A stretch of DNA of 63,070 nt, the filler included, from Reticulomyxa filosa (Eukaryota; Protista; Foraminifera), in the NCBI GenBank assembly GCA_000512085.1. It is 21 parts of 21 records of this genome, joined end to end, with 100 filler letters (N's around TTAATTAATTAA, not from the genome) between each part and the next. Parts side by side here need not be neighbours in the genome. Positions count along the whole stretch, not along the records: positions 35,813 to 42,258 come from ASPP01007210.1; positions 42,359 to 43,863 come from ASPP01041572.1; positions 43,964 to 45,644 come from ASPP01038037.1; positions 45,745 to 46,744 come from ASPP01048065.1; positions 46,845 to 48,840 come from ASPP01024607.1; positions 48,941 to 51,029 come from ASPP01006080.1; 15 more parts are not named here. One strand, written 5' to 3'. Every line of letters begins with the position of its first letter. Position 1 is the first letter of the stretch. The notes under the pieces are model-generated. The model was not told where the DNA came from, did not search any database, and was given only the letters and a program-made list of their open reading frames with translations. Shown in pieces: positions 37,953-51,129 of the stretch. A program made the position numbers and the translations under genes.

Positions 37953-39084
37953 TCAAATAAACAAAATCGAGCAGTTGCTCGTTTCATCAAACTCTTTTAT
38001 TTTCTTGTGCAAACTGTTGAGCATTTTTTCGTTTTGTTCATTAATTTCCGGAGGAATTTGATTAAAATCCGTTGCCGGAAGATGAATTGACAACTTAGCT
38101 GGTATGATCTTAACTACTTCCATATGATACATAAATTGGTCATGAAAATGCACAAACGAGCGTGGAGTGATGCTGGTTTGACTGAGGAAGACATATCGAA
38201 GGGATTTAATTTGTAACAAGGTCTTCCAAAGTAATGGCATACAGTCATCTATTTTGAGCAATAGGTGTAATATACTGTTAGCAAATGGGATCAGAGTAGT
38301 GTATACATATGCATTTAAGTGCAAGCATACCATTGATTCGTGGATTGGCAACTAAATTTAGGGTATGAAAGATCTCTGAAAGTTTATTTTGATTTGTATT
38401 GTCTTGGTCAATCCGATGTTGTATTGCTTTCAGTAACACAGTGACATCATCATTTGTTAAATCACAACCAGTTAACGCCAACGCCGATAACCTATTGTAG
38501 AGTGATCGCACGACAAAACACAAAAAGTTCATACCGTTATGATACCATCGAATACTTGAATTGTTCTGGCATACAATTTTTAGGCCTTTGTCACAAGCAA
38601 GAAATTTTTTTATTTCACTGTTAGAATCATTACTTTCGTCCACAGTAATCGAGTGAATCAAATGATCATGATAAACTAAAAAAAATTGCAACATTTTTTT
38701 TCCATTTAGAGTCAGCGAGTTATACCAAGCATTACTCAGATCAACACAGAGTTCCTGATCGATTTGATAATATATGAAACACCTCATGAAATACAAACGT
38801 ATTGTTGTATCATAAAAATCTGCTTTGTCCTGCCCAAAAGATCGGAACAGAGAGTAGCGCCAGATTTCCTTACAGACTATGCATTGCATACGCTCCCATG
38901 GGTAGAGGTATGATATTATATCACTCAACAAGTGAATCGGGATTTTTGACTGAAATGACATTTTTTCAGAGCATTCTGACATTTGTATATCGTCGTCATT
39001 TGTATCTTTTTCTTCAGTTACGTTTGTGTTAGTGTTCGTCATGAACAAAACAAAAAAGATGTTAAAAGTTCTATTTTTCAGCAA
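37953..39084 (-). CDS. F-box-like / RNI-type leucine-rich repeat protein (two exons)
   Basis: IPIHLLSDIISYLYPWERMQCIVCKEIW; LALTGCDLTNDDV, LNLVANPRI, VFLSQTSIT. Confidence 0.6.
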
Positions 39085-39363
39085 ACCCTTTTGTAAACGG
39101 AAGTGTTTCTTTTTGTTTAGCTGTCCAAGGCACTCAGTTTGACAAAAATATATTTTTCAAAATAAATAAATAAGAACCAGAGTACACAATGCTCGAAAAA
39201 AGTATGCCTGAGTTTTGAGATATTTTCCCTCGTTCTCATTTTTCATTGCTGTAAGCCGGCAAGAAAAAATAAGTAACACTGACGACATGTTTGTCTAAAA
39301 TCAGATAAGATATGGTGGGGAAAAAAAAAAAACCAAATAAACGAAAGCAAAATAAGATGTTTA

Positions 39364-41375
39364 TCACAAGGAATTTGGAGGCCGTAGTTTGTGTACTAAT
39401 CGAAGTTTTTTCTTGAACAACATATCTTTGGCAGTCATTTGTTGTGACAACTGTTCCAGGTCTTGTTGCATCCTAACAAAGGGACTTTTGCATCGAATCA
39501 ATTCGGCGATGACATTTAACTCATCTTCCCACTCTCTTGTGAGCAAAGCAATTTCAGTTTCCATGGCGGTGAGCATTTCAATTTTCAAAGATTTGATAAC
39601 ATTGCTTTGCAAGTGTGTCGGATTTTTGATATCTTTTTTGGAGCCTTCGTCTTTTTTATCGAGTTTGAGACGTTGTAGTTTTACCTCATCGCGCATGGAC
39701 GATAGTATTTTAATGGCCTTTTCTTGTGCCGAGTTCAACTGACTTTGGGAAGATTGCAATTTTTTTTGGGTTTTTTGTTGGTTTGAATGGAAGTGCTGGC
39801 TCTATCCCGCTGTTGCACTTTTTGATCCCCAGCTGCGGCAGTGTCCTGTCTGCCTCCGTCACTGCTGCTGTCACTGTCACTGTCATCGTCGTCATCGTCG
39901 GCGTGGTATTCCAAGGGCTCATCTCCCCAAACGAATGTGCGAATATTATTGAATCTCGAGTCGAAAATGCTATTTGTCGCTTTTTTGCTCTTTCGGTCGT
40001 CTTTGCTTTCATTCGGCTGTTTTATTTTCCCACGTTCCAATTTCCTTGCCAATCGATCATATCTTTGTCGGTCTGTTTCTTCCTGTCTCCCTCAAAACAG
40101 ATATGAATAAACCGTATTCCTTTTTTTTTTTTTTTTTTAAATAAAAATTATCAATATAAATATAATACATATATAAACATATATATGTATATATATATGT
40201 ATTATATTTATATTAATATTGATATTTATAATTTTTATTTAAAAAAGTTTGGCTTGGAAACAAATTACTTGTTGAAACATTTCATTGAAAGTATGTCTTG
40301 GCAAACGTTTAAACGTGTCCGACGCAAAGCAATGGAAAACGCTGAGTATATCCGCGCGCTTGTCATTTTTGGCGGAAATCTTGGCGAATCCACTAATACC
40401 ATTGGCCCTACAAAACTTGCCGATTTCAATGTCATTCAAAATGGGCTCGTCGGACAAATCGTTTTTGCTAAGAAGCAAATACACCCTTGGCACGTGATAC
40501 CACTTCCTTTTGGGGGATGCATTTGGAGGAGGAGGAGGTTTACGCGGCGACGATGAGTTGGATTTGCCGGCAACATTCACGGAGTTGCCTGGTGGTCTGC
40601 TGGGTTTGGTCTGTGATTTCTTGCTGTCGCTGCTGTCCTCTCTGCCTACTTCGTCTTCGTTGTCCATTGTCGATTCCCCATTTTCTTCGCTGCTCTCTAA
40701 TGAGCCTCGCAAGTAAGTCGCCAGAGACGCCAGCCATCGATCCACTGCTTCGATGCTTGCAAATGAGTTCAAATCGCAGACTACTATTATCGCATGGGCT
40801 TCATGATAAATCAATGCCTCATGGACACCTGTTTTTTGTTGGCATATAAGTATATTACATAAGAATATATGCATATGTATATACATATACATATATGTAC
40901 ATATGCAAAGTATCTCTCCATCCAAATTTTCTTTTTTTTTTTTTTTTGCAAAAAAAATTTTTTAGATTGTAGTTTTCTTACACTTGTGTATATATGTTTA
41001 AAATAAATGCTCAAATACTTCGTTGTTTTGACCTCCTAATTCCGCGTGAGATACGTCCCACAACCATAACCACAACTTTCGACTCCCTTGTGAACTTTGC
41101 GCCATCTCACGACTCGAACCAAATGACTCGCTTGATAACCCGGTCACTTCCAACCTCATCTTGTATGTATCAATACCAATTGTTGGAATATACTCTTCTG
41201 GATACGGCTTCTTGTGCAGTACTCTACTTATTGCTGTTTTCCCTGATTTATGATCTCCCAACATTACAAATTTCAGAGTTGTTTCAGACTCTTGGAACGT
41301 ATTCGCTTGCTGGGCTGATTGTGCATTCACGTTCGAGTATGACCCTGGGAACCAACCACGAAGAAGCTTTGACAT
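39364..41375 (-). CDS. Atypical Rab-like GTPase with C-terminal acidic and coiled-coil extension, multi-exon
   Basis: KFVMLGDHKSGKT, YIPTIGID, LWLWDVSHAE, AHAIIVVCDL, LLLSKNDL, KISAK. Confidence 0.75.
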
Positions 41376-42388
41376 TTCTTTTTTTTTATTTGATATTATG
41401 ATCTATCCTCAAAAAATTTTTTTTGAGCACGGGGACAATCACAGGCCAAATTAAAATTCGCTCTTTGTTTGTATGAATTGAAATTTTCAGTAACTTGACA
41501 TAGTGTTTGGATTATTTTAGTAAAAATTAACAAATGCTGTATTCTTTTGTTAAAATTTTGCTTTTAGGATAATTGCAAAACTTTCTTAAAATGTTGCAAC
41601 TATCTACAACTGTTTAAACTATTTAATTGTTGTAATGAAGCCCAATATAAAAAAACAATCAACAAATAAGACAAAGCACATAATAACTCAGTCTGTCAAA
41701 CAAAATACATACATCAAAACAATAATTCACAACAATACTTACACAGTGGAATTATTTGTGCTATTGGTTTTTTGCATCATAAACAGTAATAAAAATCGCA
41801 ATGTATATGTACGGGTTAATTTGTTGCTGTTTTTGGCGTGTAAAGAAAAGACACAAAAATTCTCCAAGTGTCTAGCGCATCAAACATGGTGGGGGAGATT
41901 ACTTAAAATAAGGCAAGATATTAACACGAAAGGCGAAAAAAACAAAAAAAGGGGGAAAAAAAAGACAGTAATTTTAATTAATGCAATTACAAAACATAAA
42001 ATAAGTGAGACATCAGAACGATTAAAAATCAACGGTGTCCGTTATCTAGCAAAGGTTTTAGTGTATCTTTTTTTACCGCTTTATCAACACTTTGTGTGGC
42101 ATTTTCCGTGCGTTTCTGGGATATGTTATTTGAAGCGGAAGGTGATCGGTTATGTGCGTCTTGGATTGCACTGTTTTTTAAGTTTTTGGAAATTTTATTA
42201 TTTGACTTGCCAACAATCGAGGTGCGTTTTCGTTCATCACGAGAGGGGGTTTCCAACANNNNNNNNNNNNNNNNNNNNNNNNNNNNNNNNNNNNNNNNNN
42301 NNTTAATTAATTAANNNNNNNNNNNNNNNNNNNNNNNNNNNNNNNNNNNNNNNNNNNNTCAAAAAGGAAAAATTAAGGAGAAACATAC

Positions 42389-42595
42389 CTGTAACCAACA
42401 AATGCCACTCGAATTTTGACAAAAGGGTACTCAAGCAATAGTTTGGTCATAATGTCTTGGATGTCGGTCTTGAATTGGTTTATCCACCTGGACATTGAGC
42501 CTTCACAAACAAACAGGTTCCTGAAGATAAATAACTTTCACTCGTTTCTCTTTCTTACCTGTGCAATCCATAACAAAGCACAAATCAGCATTCAT
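42389..42595 (-). CDS. vWA-domain protein N-terminus (exons 42559-42595 and 42389-42500), 3'-partial; absent from the ORF track
   Basis: Spliced MNADLCFVMDCTG|SMSRWINQFKTDIQDIM...IRVAFVGYR with GT-AG intron. Confidence 0.75.
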
Positions 42596-42904
42596 TTCTG
42601 CTTTTCAATCTTTTTATAATTCGGCTGACACGCGAAGTAGTTACATAAAAAAGTAAAACGGGGAAAACAAAACAACAGCAACATTTTGAATGCTTAGTAA
42701 TAGTAAAACAAAGATAATTTGGATGTTGCTGATCTTTATTAATGTTTATTTTGTTCAAAGCAAATATTCATCACAGTTTGTTTAAAAATTCTTTCACGTG
42801 AATGAAGAAGATTGCGTGTAAACTCAAAAATTAAAAGTCACTAATTTGACTTTCCAAGTACAAAGCCTTTTTTTGTTGTCTTAGACAGTTCATTTGTCAA
42901 CATC

Positions 42905-43760
42905 ATGTCCAATGAGCTGTTTCATCAAATGATTGGGATAGCTTTGGGCTTCTTTGGCTCTGCTGCAGCAGCATGTGAGCATACAATGCCGGGAGTTGTT
43001 CCTAGAATGAATTTAATTCAATACACTGGAGGCTATGAGGAAATAGCCCAGTACGCCAAGAGTAAAAATTTGTCGGCTCTACTTTTGGAGCGCGAAACAA
43101 AGTCAGTCGTGTGTTGGAGTTACAATGCAGAGAGCAAATATTTTCAAACAAAAGTTTCGTTTCAACAAACTATAAACACAAAAATAAAAGAGTGACTCTA
43201 CTTTTTGTCGACACATTTTAACTATAAATATAGCCAGAGGAGCGGAGCAAATTTGCATATTTTGCACAATTTGAATCGGTCGTATTTAGCAAAGATGCAA
43301 AAATTCGATCAATGAAAATAAAAGACAACAGCGGGACATATGAAATGTCAGTAATTGAGTTGTTTGTGCTACTGCTGAATGCCATCAAAGAAACAGCATT
43401 AGCACAAGTGGAAATGAATCGAAAAGATATGTTTGGAGAGGCATATCGACCTCTTGATCCAAAGGAAGTATTGTATGTGTTGACTGTTCCTGCGCTTTGG
43501 GATGACGAGGTTAATATTTTTTATAAAAAAAAAGAATGGAGTTACTTGTGTCTCTCCATTTTCTTCAGTGTTTTATAAAACAAAACAAACAAAAATCCAA
43601 CAATTAGAATACAGAAACAATGAGAGAATGCGGACAAAAGTGTGGAATGCATAATATCGAAATATGTTTTGAGCCCATTGCGGCAACATTTGCTGTGGTC
43701 AGTCACAGTCATAGCAAAGATAGCGATGATACAAAAAGACTTCAATTCTTTGAAGAGTTG
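42905..43760 (+). CDS. HSPA12-like Hsp70-superfamily protein, multi-exon, 3'-partial
   Basis: MIGIALGFFGSA, LSALLL, WSYNAESKY, LLNAIKETAL, YVLTVPALWDD, MRECGQKCG, ICFEPIAATF follow HSPA12 motif order. Confidence 0.75.
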
Positions 43761-43963
43761 AGTTACTTTTTGTTTTTTTTTTTTTTATGGCTCCAAAATA
43801 AATAAAATAAATAAATAAAAATAAATAAATAAATGGATGAAAATAGTGATCAAGTGGTATTATNNNNNNNNNNNNNNNNNNNNNNNNNNNNNNNNNNNNN
43901 NNNNNNNTTAATTAATTAANNNNNNNNNNNNNNNNNNNNNNNNNNNNNNNNNNNNNNNNNNNN

Positions 43964-45644
43964 CAGCCCCTTTTGACCCACCTGCATTTTTGAGGGTTTC
44001 TTCAGAAACTAAATCTGTTAATTGATCTGAACCCCTCTTTGAATTAATATCCAGTTTTTCGCATCGGCCACCTGAAATGTTGGCAATCTGCATAAAATTC
44101 TTCTGTGCCTTGTTCTCGACATAGAAAGCATGAACTGGAATGTTGTGTTGTTTCAAAAGTGCAAGTTCATCCTCATAATACGTGGGATTAGAGTATAATG
44201 CATTACTATTCCAATAAGCCTCACCTAAATTATATTGTTTCGATTCTTTTCGTTTCATAAGTACTTCTTCTTTTGTATTTGCAGGTGCATCTCCAATTAA
44301 TATCACCTGTGAAACAGATCCTTTCGTAGTTTCTCTACTGACATGAGAAAATCCAATTTCAATTGCTTCATTTCCCCATCCATAATTTGCCTGAATACTC
44401 TCCATAAAACTGCGAAGATTTTCAGGTTTTGATTCCCAAGTAGAAGTTTGCAAAAGCATATCTGCAGGTGCATTGTAATTGCGATAAACAACAAATTGCA
44501 TTTCAAAACTGTTTGGAGATTCTCCATTTTCCTTCAATATTGTTGAAATACGTTCAAACATAGTGCTGACTGCATTCTTGGCTTTCTGCAACAAATGGCC
44601 CATTGATCCAGTTCCATCCATAAGAACAATTGTTCTTGAACGTTTTTTCTCTTCTGCTCCTTTATTTCGATCATATAACATTTTCTTCACTGTGTCCACA
44701 TCATTTTTTTTTAAGGCTGTAATCAATTCCTCCCCCAATTTATGTTCATTTGCGGCATATTCCACATATTTCTTATTTTCTTCATGTTGCACTCTAAAAA
44801 ATTCACTGCTCTTTGCATGAAGTAATGAATAAAAGTTCCCTGCTTTTCGAGCATTATCAATTTCTGCTTTAGTAATCAAAAATCTATCAAGTGATTCATC
44901 ACATAACACCAAACTATATGAACCAGAAGTACCTTGTCTTGCAGTTCGTCCTCTAATTTGTACTTCCTCAGATAATTCTTCGGAAAGGAATGTTTGAATC
45001 ACATGAACTCCACCATTTGCAGCTACAATTTCATCACGACACACAAAATCTGTTCCTCTTCCAAATGATCTGGTAAACAACCCCACTTGTCCAGAACCAG
45101 TTGCACGTTTAATTAAAGATTCCTTTTCTGCATGAGTATTCTCTTCAGTCATTATTATCGCATTCTCTTTCATTGCAAGGAAATCGGAAGATTCATAAAA
45201 TTCCATCAATTGTTTCTTGGATTCAAAAAACACTAATACTGCTCTTTTTGTTGCAGGATTTGTTCCGACCAGTCTATCATCAATTTCTTTCTTAAGAGTA
45301 ATAAAGTGATCACATTGTTTCACAATAAGGATATCTTTTTCTTCTGCAAAAATAAGTTGATTATCACCAAATAAAGATGGCATATAAGTATATTTTGAAA
45401 CATCATAATCCTTTCCCACAACTTCTTGTTCTGGTGCACTCAATGTCTTCAATGTACCACTCACACCCATAATACAACAGAAATTTTTAGGAACTTCTAC
45501 ATAAGAAAAATTACCAATTTGAAATGAAATGAATTGATTACTTTTGAAACTCTCATCACTGATTTTCTTTTGTGCGTGCTCATGGTAATATGCAAATAAG
45601 GTCTTATAACCATAACGAACATTATAACAAATACTATCTTGTTC
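43964..45644 (-). CDS. SecA-like SF2 helicase C-terminal region fused to a vWA domain; open across the whole contig
   Basis: MGVSGTL, AVLVFFES, FGRGTDF, GGVHVIQT, QIRGRTARQGTSGS; then VLMDGTGSM, FVVYRNY, NEAIEIG, ILIGDAP, PVHAFYV. Confidence 0.85.
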
Positions 45645-46181
45645 NNNNNNNNNNNNNNNNNNNNNNNNNNNNNNNNNNNNNNNNNNNNTTAATTAATTAA
45701 NNNNNNNNNNNNNNNNNNNNNNNNNNNNNNNNNNNNNNNNNNNNACAAAAGACAAAACAAAAAGATAATAATGATCAAGAAAATATTTTAACGTCAGTTC
45801 CTTCATGTTTGTTGTTTAAAAAAAAGAATATATATATATATGTTTATTCAATTAACAGCTTGGTTGGACCAAGACTCGTTCCGACCCCACGCCTAGTGAA
45901 CAAACATCATGGGGTACCAAAACCACAAAACAAAAAAGTTAAGTACAAAACAAAACAAAATAAAACAAAGCAAACAGCTTCAAAACGAAATACCAACAAG
46001 ATAAAAAACTGTTTATGTTTTGACCCTTTTTTTTTTTTAATGAAAAAGTAAAAAAAAACAAAACATAAATTAGTGTAACCTCAATCTAACACTCAACACA
46101 CAACAAAAAAAAACTTACACGTTTAGCTGTCAAAGTAAGACAAACATAATAACAAGAACATCAAAAAATAACTCCTCTGAC

Positions 46182-46744
46182 ATGTCTACCCAAATGGACA
46201 ACATCTTTCAAATTTTACCTGAATTACCCAAACCATTCATAACTCCATCATGTATTTCGTTCAAGGATGAGATCCTTATTTGTGGAGGCTACGAAACTAA
46301 CTGTTGTTATTCGTATCATACTCTGAAAAAGCAATACAAATACATTTGCTCTTATCCTAATGATGTTCAATTCAATGCACACTGCATTGTACAATTGGCT
46401 CATCCACAAGCCGACCCCAATGAAATTCATTTATTATCTTTTGGAGGGCAAGACAAAAATAAAATAAAACAAACATTTTCAATGAAATATAAAAGTGTAT
46501 GGGAAATTAGTGATAATCATTGCGACTCCAAATCTGACCATGACTCCAAATCTGACCATGACTCCATTTCTCAAAATGTTAATAATTGGACAAGATTTGC
46601 TGAAAACTGTAGCATTGGAAAACTAGAAGATAGTTTAAGAGGATTGTGTGGATTGATTGGAGGAAAAAATAATGATTTATTATTTATTACGTGCTATCCA
46701 GAAGATATTGAAGTGATTAATTTGAAAACAATGAAACCATTGAC
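46182..46744 (+). CDS. Kelch-like beta-propeller protein of an expanded family; 3'-partial
   Basis: LPELPKP..CISFKDEILICGG..CYSYHTLKKQYKYICSYP..HCIV, LLSFGG, LIGGKNNDLLFIT; internal 18-bp duplication at 46524-46566. Confidence 0.75.
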
Positions 46745-46844
46745 NNNNNNNNNNNNNNNNNNNNNNNNNNNNNNNNNNNNNNNNNNNNTTAATTAATTAA
46801 NNNNNNNNNNNNNNNNNNNNNNNNNNNNNNNNNNNNNNNNNNNN

Positions 46845-48156
46845 CCGACTCCAAATAAACTTTGCAATGGACAAATTCGTTATAACAGTCCCATCGGACA
46901 GGGTAAAAGACAGCAACACAATAGCATGAATAATAATAATAGTGCATCTGGCTCCAAATTCAAACAATTGATTTTGGTTCCACTTCTCGCTTCTTCCTCT
47001 TTAGTCAGTCTATAGCGAAAGTCGGAGTGATAGTGACAATCCCAGCTTGGCGACAGCGACAACGATTCGTGGAGACTCCAACAAGGACAAAAGGAAGAAT
47101 TGCAATTTGTGTTCCACGATGAAGAATTTACTGTTTTTACATTTTTCTTTTTATATATGGTAAATCCTTGTGGTATCTTTTTGCGTGTATCAGTTGGCTC
47201 TGAAAGATCGCGACAGCGTATGGGATTGTTTGATCTATCTTGCAAATCAATTGCATTCAGCGGTCCAAATTTTTTAAAAAAATCAAATGTTTGCATTGTA
47301 TTGTCTCCGAATTCTCAAAATTTAAAATCATTACTCAATTATAATTTAATACAACTCATCAAGAAAAGTTGTATTCATGCATTATTTCAAACAAAGTAAG
47401 AAGAAAATCAAATTATAATTGAAAAACAAATGGAATCAACACATAGTGGATTAGTATTTGACATGACCGTAAGACTGTATTTTACTGTTGCACAAGCACA
47501 CCTATCCAACTTCTGAATACAACTAAAACAAAATGCAAAATGACCACAAGATATCAAAATATGAGTAATTTTTTTATCGCATATACAACAAGTTTCTTCG
47601 ATATTTTGATGTACTTTTTCATCGAAAATTTTTCTGAGAAATTGACGATTTCCAGTTTCTTTGTTTTCTGCGACCGCTTCACTGCTACTTAATTTTTCGA
47701 TAAGATAACATCTTCACTGGATTTTGCACTTAGCCTTGGCAAAGACATCTATACCATCGATATATCTGCAAAAATCTATAGGCAGATCTTGAAGTTTTTT
47801 TATATTTTTTTCTATACACCATTACCACTTGTGCCTATTTTTTTTTGGATAAATTTAGTATAATAATAATAATAATAAAAAACCCCTTTCAATTCTCCTG
47901 ATATCAATTGTTGATCCATTGATATTTTGCTGCTTTCCGGTTTTTGCTGATGTTTTCGTGATCTTGTAGGTTCTTGAATGTACCTTAATAAAGATCTACA
48001 AAGACAATAAAAAGACAAAATAAGTTTTACAATAGAAAAATTTTACAAATAACTTAACTGAAGCATTAATTGATAGGCGCTCTATTTTCTTCATGGTATC
48101 CACTCGTCCTTTTTGTTCCACTCCCAACTCGATTGTATTATTTCATCTGACGCCAT
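46845..48156 (-). pseudogene. Degraded WWE-domain gene with a possible RING remnant (Deltex-like architecture)
   Basis: WEWNKKDEWIP* then TYKITKTSAKTGKQQNINGSTIDIRRI (WWE halves); later HFAFCFSCIQKLDRC; stops and frameshifts. Confidence 0.45.
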
Positions 48157-48940
48157 AATGATGAAAATTTTGCAAAAAAAAATTTGAAGAGTCAATTCCC
48201 TGTTTTTTAGATGAACTTATTTTGTTTTTTTTTGATGAAATGCTAGTTTGAATATTTTTCTCTTTGATGTCAAATTCAAACTAAATAACATAACTTTTTT
48301 CAGCCTATGTTAATATACACATTTAATATTAAAGCAAAAAGTGTTTTTAAAAGGTTTTAGTTTTGCGTTGAAATTGTAAATTTAAATTAATTATTAATTT
48401 GCTTGATTGTTAAAAAAATCTAATGTTTTATGACAAAGCTAAGATATTCTGGACTTGACAACACAATCAATCTTTCAAAACTGTGCCCGATATGTCAAAT
48501 ATCTTTTCTCATAATTAATATACAGTAGAATGCAAAGTAAATTTGATACCTAAAATGGCATCTTATAGAGATAATTGATTTCCTACATGAAAAAACAACA
48601 TTCAGACCTAATTTTTTTTTTAAAAATATCTACAAACCGTGTACCTTTTAAATATCATTTTGGTTTTTTATTACATCTTTACTAATTGTTTAAAAAATTT
48701 GAATATTTTATTGATTTTTGAAAATTTTCGAGAAAAAGTTGACAATCGTGCCTAGGTCGTAACCATGAAACTTGCCAACTTTTTTTAAGTATTTTGAGAA
48801 AGTCCCCAATGCGTAGATATTTGTAAAAAAAAAGATTAGTNNNNNNNNNNNNNNNNNNNNNNNNNNNNNNNNNNNNNNNNNNNNTTAATTAATTAANNNN
48901 NNNNNNNNNNNNNNNNNNNNNNNNNNNNNNNNNNNNNNNN

Positions 48941-49161
48941 GAGTGTTATTGTGTTCTGACATTTCCTGGCTTATCTTTGTGTGTTATTGCTTTTCTTTTT
49001 TTTTTGCTTAGGTAAAGCATTACCGCTTCTATCTGCGGCTGGGAACTATTGGCTCCGTTCAACGCTGTGGATTCATTATTAGTTTCATCATCTTGCGAAA
49101 TGGTTCGAGTCACAAGCTCCACCTTTTCGTCTTCGCTATGTTTCACTGGCTGTGATGACAT
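48941..49161 (-). CDS. N-terminal exon of a hypothetical protein
   Basis: ATG-initiated hydrophilic ORF followed by a GTAATG donor and A-run. Confidence 0.4.
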
Positions 49162-49926
49162 TTAAATCATTAACAATGATTATGATTTTTTTTGTTCAAT
49201 TCCAGCCCTTGCACACTGTTCTCACACGCTTATAAGTCTTTAAAATAACGCGGACAATATAAGATACTAAACCTTGTCAAAAGGCTGTGCTTCACTATTT
49301 GTGCAAATCCATTGAACGGAATTCGTATACACGGAGCTGTTCTTGCTCAGTAGTTTTTCAACATAAATTGTAAATTTTTAAAAAAAGATAAATTAATATT
49401 ACATTGAAAAGTCTTCAAAATTTTGTCACAAAGCTTTTGTTTTATTTTTCTGCAAGAGTTAACTCAGACGAGGCAATAAACAGACTTACTAAAAGCTAAA
49501 CGTTTAAGTTTTCCATTTTACAATTTGTCAGGTTAATTATTATGACGTCTAAATGTAATTACAATTGACAAAATAAAAGTCTAGTGTTTGTTTTGTCTCA
49601 CAGTGCATAAAGGACCTTGGTTTCAATGAGAATTTATATTATTCAAAAATAATAACTTGACTACTTTTTGAAAACAATTAGAACAGTAGCACTAATTTTT
49701 AAAGTTTATTATTATTTTTTTTTTTTTAGTTAAAAGCATATTTTCATATTACAATATATTAACACTTGCATTGTATATTTATTTCGACAGACAAACGAAA
49801 GTAAAAAAGAAAACATATTTATTTAGTTCAATATGGAAAGGTGACACTGTCGTGAAAGTGTGTTCGGCATTTTAAATGTTACAATATATCCCTATATCTA
49901 TAATTGTGAATTCTGTCTAAGATTCA

Positions 49927-51029
49927 CTACCCCCAAAGACAAATCGTATTATCATAAGAAGATGACAGAATTAAATCACCGTTTGATAAAACGTCTACCC
50001 CAGAAACCCATTCAGAATGCGCTTCCAATTTCTGAATTTCCTTGGTTGAATTCATGTCCCACACCCGAATGGTTCTATCATCTGAGCATGAGATAATAGT
50101 TTGACCATCTGGAAAAAATGCCACATCAGTTGTGCGATCCGAATGCCCTCCAATTTTTTTCAATTCTGCTCCTGATGCCGCATCCCATATTCGAATTGTT
50201 TTATCAGTTGAACAAGACACAATTAAAAGACCATTTGGAGAAAATTGTACCCGCTGCACAAAATCGGAATGTCCTATCAGCTCCTTCAGTCTTTTACCGG
50301 ACTGCACATCCCATATAGCAATTGTTTTGTCATAAGAAGAGGATAAGAGCAATAGACCATTTGCTGAGAATTTCACATCATTCACCCAAAACGAATGTCC
50401 TTCAAATCGTTTGATCTCGCATCCTGATCCCACATCCCACAATCGAATGGTTTTGTCATGTGAAGCTGATGCAATGGTAAGTCCATCTGGTGAAAATTGA
50501 GCTGCCTTCACATGATTTGAATGGCCCTCAAATTTCTTCATTTCTTGTCCTGATTTCACATCCCATAATCGAATTGTTTTGTCCCATGAACATGATACAA
50601 TTGTATTACCATCTGGTGAAAATTGGACATCATCCACATAATCAGTATGTCCCTCCAATGTCATTATTCTCCTCCCCGACACTCTGTCCCATATCCCTAT
50701 GGTTTTGTCCCATGATGCTGAAACAATCTTATCACCATTTGGGGAAAATCTCGCCCTTCTTACATAGCCTTTATGTCCTTGATACACTTTTAATAATTTG
50801 AAATGTTTGGACTGAATGATTTGTGTTGTGTTAAAAAAAAGTGTTCCTTTTTTTTTTTTATAAAAAAAAAAAAAAACAAAAAAAATTTTGACAAACATAT
50901 CGTATGATGATTTTATTGAAATCATTAATCCATCCGAAATCAATAGCTAATGACCTAAGCCAATTTTCCAAAACCATTGTTAGTTCTTTTTTGGTCTATC
51001 GTTTTAGTTAGAATCACAAAAAAGAAATT
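49927..51029 (-). CDS. WD40-repeat protein (7 repeats) of an expanded family; 5'-partial
   Basis: Seven GH...FSPDG..IVS.S.DKTIR.WD repeats; upstream exon ENWLRSLAIDFGWINDFNKIIIRY. Confidence 0.93.
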
Positions 51030-51129
51030 NNNNNNNNNNNNNNNNNNNNNNNNNNNNNNNNNNNNNNNNNNNNTTAATTAATTAANNNNNNNNNNNNNNN
51101 NNNNNNNNNNNNNNNNNNNNNNNNNNNNN

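Noticed and set aside
42389-45644. vWA + Hsp70-like + SecA-vWA as one gene cluster
   Set aside because: A linker at 43864-43963 separates the SecA-vWA contig, so adjacency is artificial
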